This document shows, piece after piece, positions 57,245 through 63,595 of a stretch of DNA of 63,595 nt. Origin of the DNA: Candidatus Hydrogenedentota bacterium (GTDB lineage Bacteria > Hydrogenedentota > Hydrogenedentia > Hydrogenedentales > SLHB01); assembly GCA_903925285.1 (NCBI GenBank), contig CAIYET010000115.1, positions 1-63,595 on the forward strand. The letters are read 5' to 3'. Positions within the stretch are counted from its first letter, which is position 1, and each line of letters opens with the position of its first letter. The notes under the pieces are model-generated. The model was not told the DNA's origin. It saw nothing but the letters and a program-made list of their open reading frames with translations, and searched no databases. The position numbers and the translations under genes were made by a program.

Positions 57245-57722
57245 GGCTACGTCCAGAAAAGTGGATGCCCGCCAATCGCTTCGAGACGGTCATGGATCGC
57301 ATCCACCCGAACCGTATCAGCGGCAACGCCAGTATAGGGAGCGGCTTCGCGCTCTTGCACCAAGCGGATCAACTCTGCATCACGCGCCGGCGCGACATAG
57401 TGCGCGATAAAGTCATACAGTTCGTCGCCGGGACGCCACGCCCAGCAAAGACCTTGCTTCGGGGATGGTCTTTGTAAAGATTCACCAAACCGAGGTAGCA
57501 CGTGCCGCCGTTCTGAAGCGCCATAGCATGAACCAGGTCGCGAGTCGCGCTGTTCAGTGCTTCATCGACTTCAACGGCTTCGCCGTAATTGGCAGCAACT
57601 CGGTCAACTATAAAAGTAACGAGTTGGGGAATGGTCAAAGGACTCCTTTCAGTAAGATTAGTGCGCGACGGCTGGAGACCCTCTCTAAACCGCCGCGCAC
57701 TAACTCGGACTAACTTGTAAAC

Positions 57723-57751
57723 AATATACAATACAACTAGGGGGATGTCAA
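57723..57751 (-). promoter_or_regulatory. Promoter
   Basis: TTGACA-17 nt-TATATT. Confidence 0.65.
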
Positions 57752-58080
57752 GGGTTCTGCGAGAATCGCCAGGTCTTGTAGCCCGTTTCGCACGCTTGCA
57801 AAAGCGGCGAATCGGGGAGCGGGCAGCCAGCTTTCTTCTGCGTCCACACCAGGTAGGACGAAACCACGGCGATGGCAAACACGCTTGATTTCACGCCAAA
57901 CCCAGGGATGTCACGCGTCGGAAACTTGCCGTGCTCATCCCGCATCCAGAGCGGGTATTCCATTGCCCAAGCAGAGCAAAAGTCGGCGGATGCGCGCGCC
58001 GCTGCTTCGTCGATGGTCTCGAAGATCGGATAGCACGATTGGCTATACCAGATCAAGGGCATTTCAAGCGCGAGGGACAC
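57748..58080 (-). CDS. Hypothetical protein
   Basis: 110 aa ORF. Confidence 0.45.
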   Translation of the reverse strand: MSLALEMPLIWYSQSCYPIFETIDEAAARASADFCSAWAMEYPLWMRDEHGKFPTRDIPGFGVKSSVFAIAVVSSYLVWTQKKAGCPLPDSPLLQACETGYKTWRFSQNP

Positions 58081-58420
58081 ACGACGACTCCGGAGCGGTG
58101 TGCGCGCTGCGCATGTGCTTTTTCAAACCGCGCCGGAGAAATGACTTGTGGCACTCTTCGCATTCAACGGTGTCCGACGACTTGGATTTGAACTTGCTCA
58201 TCGCTTTGCGAACGTGCGGACTTTTACCTGCGATTTGGCGCAGAACTCGCTCGCCGGCGGCGGGACGCTCGCCTTCAACGACATCGCCTTCGATCTCGTT
58301 GTGCTCGGCGGCGCGGCGCGCACGCAACTCTTGCTGGAACGGACGCGGATCGACCAGTATCTTCGCCAGCTCGAGGTCGGTCAGGGTGATGTGATACGTT
58401 CGGGTTACTGAAACTTGCAT
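58064..58420 (-). CDS. C2H2-type zinc finger protein
   Basis: CEECHKSFLRRGLKKHMRSAH; AAGGAG RBS. Confidence 0.65.
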   Translation of the reverse strand: MQVSVTRTYHITLTDLELAKILVDPRPFQQELRARRAAEHNEIEGDVVEGERPAAGERVLRQIAGKSPHVRKAMSKFKSKSSDTVECEECHKSFLRRGLKKHMRSAHTAPESSCVPRA

Positions 58421-58717
58421 CTTACTCCTTTGCGCGATTGCGCTATTTGGCTCCATTGCATTGGCTGGGCGCGTTCCGTCCAGCGGTCGCGCCGCAACGC
58501 GAACAGATCCAAACTGTTTTACCGATAAGATTTGCAATCTTCCCGTTGCGAAGATTGCCATCGATTTCATAGTATTCAACGTACAAGTGACCTTTATTTT
58601 CTTTGGTTCTTCCAGTGGCTTGTAACATTAGTTTGCCTCGCTAGGATCTCGCGCTCGTCGAGGACGACGGCATAGTGCTGGCGAATATCAAAGACTTTCG
58701 CCTTTGCAAGCGTGAGT

Positions 58718-59102
58718 TTACTCCTTGGCATCTTCTTCTCCTTCCCAATGGACTTCCCAATGGACTTCCCAATGCTGGTGCAACGAGAGGGCGTAAGTTT
58801 TGACATAGCCAATCTCGCGCAGATCGCTCCAATCCGGCAAGTAAAATTTTTGCTCGGGTCGGATAGCGCGTGAACGCACGTCCAGCGGCAACGATGGCAT
58901 ACTCGTCGCGTTCGGCGGGAGTGAGCGGAACATTCAAGTCATCCCGCTGATAGATGCCGCCTTCGTAATACACGGTGACTTTGCCAGAACGCTCTATCGC
59001 AACGGCAACGCTGTGCGGAGCGAGCTGGGCAAACAGCGCTTTCGCGCCATCACTGGGATGGTCGTTCAACGTAACGATTTTGATTTGAGAGTTTACTTCC
59101 AT
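58718..59102 (-). CDS. Hypothetical protein (probable frameshift near 58845; 12-bp tandem repeat at the C-terminus)
   Basis: About 3 copies of CTTCCCAATGGA at 58741-58774. Confidence 0.45.
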
Positions 59103-59656
59103 TATTTCTTTCTCCGACTGCTAGACTTGGCTTTCGGCTCGACCACTTCGGTGATCGCGATACTGGCTTCGGTGGCATGGCAGAACTGCCTGATCTCTTC
59201 GTGCGTGGCGGCATAGCCGTCCAACTCTTCCTTGTCCCACTTCGTGCCGGGCTTGCGGTAGACGGCTTTCAACTTGGAACCATCGACGCGATGTCCAGCC
59301 GCCAGCGTTAAAGCGTCGATTTCATTCTCGAGCAAAACAAGGTTCTCGTCAGCCGCGGTCAGCTTGGCGTTGAACTCGGCGTCCATTTCTTTCCATTGCT
59401 GGCGAACATCGTCGCTGATCATCGAAAGTTTTTGCTCGGCAAACTCTTCTTCCGCGCGCTTGATCTCTTCGCGGAAAGACCACAACAGATCAAGCCGCTC
59501 GATGATCGGCAAATCTTCCTCGGCGACTTGCCGCGCGGTGAGCGGCGCGCTCGCCGCTGTTTGCTGAATCAGAGGACTGCGGTCGAAAACACTCTTGACA
59601 TCCAAACTACGCGATGGGCGTTTGACATCCAACGCGGGAACTGGAACTGTAGACAT
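59102..59656 (-). CDS. Gam/Gp157-like coiled-coil protein
   Basis: Coiled coil, then AVYRKPGTKWD..LDGYA..H. Confidence 0.5.
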   Translation of the reverse strand: MSTVPVPALDVKRPSRSLDVKSVFDRSPLIQQTAASAPLTARQVAEEDLPIIERLDLLWSFREEIKRAEEEFAEQKLSMISDDVRQQWKEMDAEFNAKLTAADENLVLLENEIDALTLAAGHRVDGSKLKAVYRKPGTKWDKEELDGYAATHEEIRQFCHATEASIAITEVVEPKAKSSSRRKK

Positions 59657-59740
59657 TGGGTCTCCTTTCGCGGTTGCTAACGCATTGCCGCAATTCTTTA
59701 TTATCCGAACTCCGAAAACAATGAATCGAAGTCAGGCAAA

Positions 59741-60676
59741 CTACGCGTACACCTTCTTTCTATTGGGTTTCTCGAACTCGGGGAACAACAACGGTTGCTG
59801 GGATTTGCCTTGCTTGATCGCCTTTTGCGCGGTTGGCTTGGATTCTTCGAGAATATAGCCAGTGCCGTTCAAGCCATACAGCCGAACATTGATGATCGTC
59901 ATCTGCACGCAACGCTGGTCGATGTCACAGCCATAGAACTCGACGGCGCGCTCGATCACCGCCCAACGCGGAAACTGCCGCGCGCCAGCAAGCAACATCC
60001 GCCCCGAACCGCAACCGGCATCATCGGCGACGGTCAGCGGACGATACTTGATACTGGGATCGCTGTTCAAGGCGTTAAAGCGCGTCTGCAACGTGATGCG
60101 CGCACCCATCAACTCACCGATCGCTAACAGGCGGCGCGCATGTTCGGACTGCGCAATCTGCTCGTCGATACGCTGGGCGAGTGCGGCTTCGGCATCCGCT
60201 TCTTCGCCGACTGTGTTCCGCGCCATCAATTCGCAAACGTGCTCGGGACTAAAGAACTGCCCACGCGCCGATTGCGTCGAAGAGTAAACGAAATTCTGAT
60301 ACGCTTCACCCAAGCAATCGGCATACGTCGCCTCGCCTTCGCCATCTTCCGCTTCTGACAGCAGAATGGCAAACCCTTCAGCGAAGTGACGAAGGGTCTG
60401 AACTTTCCAGCGTTTCTGGATCGCGGTCCAACGCGGCTTGAGATCGGCGGGTTCAGGAAACTGGTCAACCTGCTCAACGGTCGGGGGATGCTGGTGCTCG
60501 CGAATGAACTGCGCCAGTTGGTTGAACAACGAGGGGAACCGATCTAACTGATACTCGACAAAGTCGAGGAATCCGTCAAAGGTTTCCTTGTGATTGTATC
60601 CTTCATAGCCGCACTTCTCGATCACCGAGATCAAGCGCGTCGAGCCATCGCGCAGATCAACGTGACTTCTTGGCAT
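59741..60676 (-). CDS. Type I-like N6 DNA methyltransferase fragment lacking the NPPY/F motif
   Basis: RGQFFSPEHVCELMA, GCGSGRMLL and FYGCDID. Confidence 0.75.
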   Translation of the reverse strand: MPRSHVDLRDGSTRLISVIEKCGYEGYNHKETFDGFLDFVEYQLDRFPSLFNQLAQFIREHQHPPTVEQVDQFPEPADLKPRWTAIQKRWKVQTLRHFAEGFAILLSEAEDGEGEATYADCLGEAYQNFVYSSTQSARGQFFSPEHVCELMARNTVGEEADAEAALAQRIDEQIAQSEHARRLLAIGELMGARITLQTRFNALNSDPSIKYRPLTVADDAGCGSGRMLLAGARQFPRWAVIERAVEFYGCDIDQRCVQMTIINVRLYGLNGTGYILEESKPTAQKAIKQGKSQQPLLFPEFEKPNRKKVYA

Positions 60677-60948
60677 CGTGATCCTTGTTTTTGGCATCCT
60701 CGGCGCGTTGCAATTCACCGAGCGTCGAAAAGTGATCGCCGTTGACCGCGTACCACTTGCCATTGATCTGCGTCTTGGAAAGAGTTTGTTTGCACGCACC
60801 GCAAACAAACGTCGGTGGATTTTTCATTTGCCTTTGACCCAGACACCGCACCGCTGGCAAAACTTGCCCCACCCTAGAACCTTGCCCGCGAAGTGCGAAC
60901 CCACGTTCTTCGTATCGTGAAACCCGAAGAGACACAACAGCCAACCGA

Positions 60949-61563
60949 TCATTCTGCACCTTCTTCGGGTCGGTCGTTACCGTCCAAGTGAATCACCATC
61001 TTGTCTTCATTGTCTTCGTCGGATGGGAACGACCATTCACCTGCCGCGCGATCATCGTCGAGATTCTTTTCAATCGAAGCGGAATACTGGGGTTCAAGCA
61101 TGTGGCGAAGATTCAATTCGGCGAAGTCGGCTTCTTCTTCGGTGTCGAATCCGAGGTCGTTTTCTTCGTACTGGGAGCTTTGCGATTCCGCTTGATCGTA
61201 AGTCAGGATTTCACCGAGGATGCCACTCACTTGGATCACGCTGGCGCGCAGCTCGCGTCCTTGATCGTCGGTGGTGTACGCGGTCAGTCCAAGCGTGTAC
61301 TGACTGCGCTCGATCTCCAATCGATACTTGCCGCACGTAAACTTGGTCTGCGTTGCCGCGACCAGGCGCGCATTAAGATCGGCACTCAATTCAGGGTGGG
61401 TCACTGCCACCATGCCGGGTTGTCCAATGGGCAAAACCCAGGGCGTCAAATCTTCCAACTTGACGCCGAGAATGTTCGTCTGGTACAAACGCAAGCCGCC
61501 GATTAAAGTGGCCAGCTCGACATCACTCACTTGAAGTATCATTGTCACCTTCCTTTTCTTCAA
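60949..61563 (-). CDS. Hypothetical acidic protein
   Basis: 204 aa ORF. Confidence 0.55.
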   Translation of the reverse strand: MKKRKVTMILQVSDVELATLIGGLRLYQTNILGVKLEDLTPWVLPIGQPGMVAVTHPELSADLNARLVAATQTKFTCGKYRLEIERSQYTLGLTAYTTDDQGRELRASVIQVSGILGEILTYDQAESQSSQYEENDLGFDTEEEADFAELNLRHMLEPQYSASIEKNLDDDRAAGEWSFPSDEDNEDKMVIHLDGNDRPEEGAE

Positions 61564-61739
61564 AAAGTTTTGGGAGCATATTCAGGATCACCCTGCCATA
61601 CTGACTGAGCACGATGTAGCGAACATCGTAACTGACAAGATCGACGTATTCATTCTCAATCAAGCCACTCCGAAACATCGAAGAAACTGCATCGTCATTC
61701 AGACTGGGAGAGCGAACGCCGTCTTCCCAACGGCGATTT

Positions 61740-63008
61740 TTAAGAATCTTGCGTCCTTTCATCAACCGTGAATCCTTCGAGCGGAATCGCGGCTCGGCGC
61801 TGGCGGATGCGCGCTGCAATGGGCTGAACATCGTCGGCGATCCCAACATTGCGCGCCGACCTGGGTGTCGCGCCATACGCCACCAAGTACGACCGCGCCG
61901 TCGTGCCAATCTCGCGCAACAGCGTTTGAATGCCGGTGACATTGCGCGTGGTGGTGCCATCCAGCATATTCTCGATCCGCGCAATCTGCGCATCGATGTC
62001 GGCGTTGCCAATCAGGTTCATCGACTTCCACGCCGCGACTGTGTTGCGAACTTGGAGCGTGGAGCGTCCAATCAGATCGCCGTCATTGCGTTGCATACTT
62101 TCGAGCACGTTCACCATTCCATCGTAGATCAAACTGATGGACTGCTCTTGCAAGGCGAACACAAAGTCTGCGATCATCTTATCCTTCTTGGAGCGCGCTT
62201 CAGATACCACCTCAGCGTTCAACCGGGCGAGGTCGCGTTCACGGTTCGCCAAAGCATCTTGCTCGATGCTCTCGGCGCGTCGTTCACGGTCGCGCTTAGC
62301 TTGGACCCGCTGGGTTTCTGCTTCGTCGGCGGCTAGCAACGAGGGGAGCGGGATATAGTTGATCTCGGTCTCGTACGCAAAACTAGCGACCACTTCTTCA
62401 CGGCTGGGGATGGCTTGACGAATCCGATCAATGAACGATGCGACGAACGTGTCTTCGCTGATGCCGCCCAACGAGGCGCGATTCAGTTTCAGCAAGCGCT
62501 TGTACGCGGAGTGCGCCGCGCCATCATACGCTTGAAACAACTCGCGCATGATGGATGACCAATCGATGTTGATGCGGTCGCGCACTGCCAAGTACCGATC
62601 GCGATACTCGCCGTTCAGTCTCTTCCATTCGTCCCAGGCGCCGATGGGAATGAACTCGCCCCAGTAGGTCTGATATGCTTTTGAACTGAGCACCTTGCGC
62701 GCGCCGGAGTCGATGGTGTTCAACTCGCGCAACAACTCTGCCGGCAGCAGGCGCTTGGCGCCCAAGGTCATCAGCTCGTCGTACACGCGTTGCTCTTCAA
62801 CGTCTTTCGGCGTGGGGATGCCGAGATCGTTAAGCGTGATCTGCGTTCTGCCACGCCACCGGCGCAGGTGCAATTTCACAACCACGCCTTGCTTCATCAG
62901 GTGCGCCCAGTCTGGAACGGCGACATTAACACGCTCGCCCAACTGGGTTTCAATGCGCCGCGCCGATGCCACTGCACAGGGCGAGGCGCGAGTATTTTTT
63001 GCTTTCAT
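61740..63008 (-). CDS. DUF3150-like protein
   Basis: VKL...WRG...L..DLG...LGAKRLLP...L...AR. Confidence 0.55.
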   Translation of the reverse strand: MKAKNTRASPCAVASARRIETQLGERVNVAVPDWAHLMKQGVVVKLHLRRWRGRTQITLNDLGIPTPKDVEEQRVYDELMTLGAKRLLPAELLRELNTIDSGARKVLSSKAYQTYWGEFIPIGAWDEWKRLNGEYRDRYLAVRDRINIDWSSIMRELFQAYDGAAHSAYKRLLKLNRASLGGISEDTFVASFIDRIRQAIPSREEVVASFAYETEINYIPLPSLLAADEAETQRVQAKRDRERRAESIEQDALANRERDLARLNAEVVSEARSKKDKMIADFVFALQEQSISLIYDGMVNVLESMQRNDGDLIGRSTLQVRNTVAAWKSMNLIGNADIDAQIARIENMLDGTTTRNVTGIQTLLREIGTTARSYLVAYGATPRSARNVGIADDVQPIAARIRQRRAAIPLEGFTVDERTQDS

Positions 63009-63286
63009 TTGAAATCCTTTAGAATCTCGGCAAGCTCATCATCAACAGTGCCAGCCAACGCCGCGCCACCCAGTTTGATGGATGGATCTGCGTTTGCCAT
63101 GCCGGGATCGATCAAACGTCGCCAGAGGTATCCTTCATAGTGCGGACACATTTCCAGCGCCCAAAACATTGCCTCTTTTTCCTTGCCGCGCCGAATGGCT
63201 TTCTGGATCGCGGACACGACTTCAGGCAATTCATAGCCAAAACGGTCGGTGTGCCTGACACCATAAAACTGCTGTGCCAATTTCAT
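63005..63286 (-). pseudogene. RarA/MgsA C-terminal-like fragment
   Basis: EVVSAIQKAIRRG...AMFWA.E...YLWRRL, then abrupt truncation. Confidence 0.6.
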
Positions 63287-63595
63287 TCTCCTTGAATTGA
63301 TTTTCAAATGGATCGTGAGTTTCTTTTTTGTCTCGCTGTGGACTCCTTTCCTCGTCAAGATTCAGACTGGCTTGCTTGCGAACAACTCGCGGCTTGGGGA
63401 CATACACCGGCATATCGGCGGGGCGCGGAACGTCCGAAGCGCGCACACCACCAACGCCGGGCTTGAATGCGTAGCCGCGCTGGCAACACAAGCAGGGAGA
63501 ATAATATGGCTCACACTTATTTCTTTGTAGAACTCGAGTGTCTAGTGCGCGGTGTGCGCACTTGTCTGCATGGATCGGATGGGCGAGGCGCGAGA

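Noticed and set aside
58741-58774. 12-bp tandem repeat as iterons
   Set aside because: Only about 3 copies, with a unit length divisible by 3, inside a probable gene end
1-63595. Alternative genetic code as the cause of broken genes
   Set aside because: The breaks are frameshifts and deletions rather than in-frame stops, and all three stop codons end real genes

Overview
The window reads as a near-complete ~63.6 kb tailed (siphovirus-like) phage or prophage genome. The + strand (924-52262) runs in this order: a modification cluster (ParB-like fragment, TAGT/GREB1-like glycosyltransferase, ATP-grasp, WbqC, PIG-L, kinase), terminases, portal, MuF and an ADP-ribosyltransferase, a ~12 kb glycosyltransferase/methyltransferase island, prohead protease, capsid, neck and tail genes, a lysis-position block built around a papain-like peptidase, nucleases and an FtsK ATPase. 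The - strand (53146-63286) carries early-type genes, including ParB, a Gam/Gp157-like protein, a truncated MTase, DUF3150-like and a RarA-like fragment. I recognised no integrase, DNA polymerase, primase/helicase, tRNA, CRISPR array or canonical peptidoglycan hydrolase. Lipoproteins with Thr/Pro and Ala/Thr repeats suggest a Chloroflexota-like host (inference). The most unusual features are (1) a portal fused to a PI3/4-kinase-like domain next to MuF/ART, with recurring hydrophobic-X-Lys motifs that suggest protease-released packaged effectors; (2) two glycosylation clusters; (3) a tail fibre that begins with a lipoprotein signal; (4) a promoter- and terminator-bounded structured RNA at ~52.8-53.0 kb; and (5) a perfect 32-bp palindrome after parB. 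Many accessory genes have 1-nt frameshifts or internal deletions, so either sequencing error or decay is likely. All family calls come from reading motifs by eye, with no database searches.
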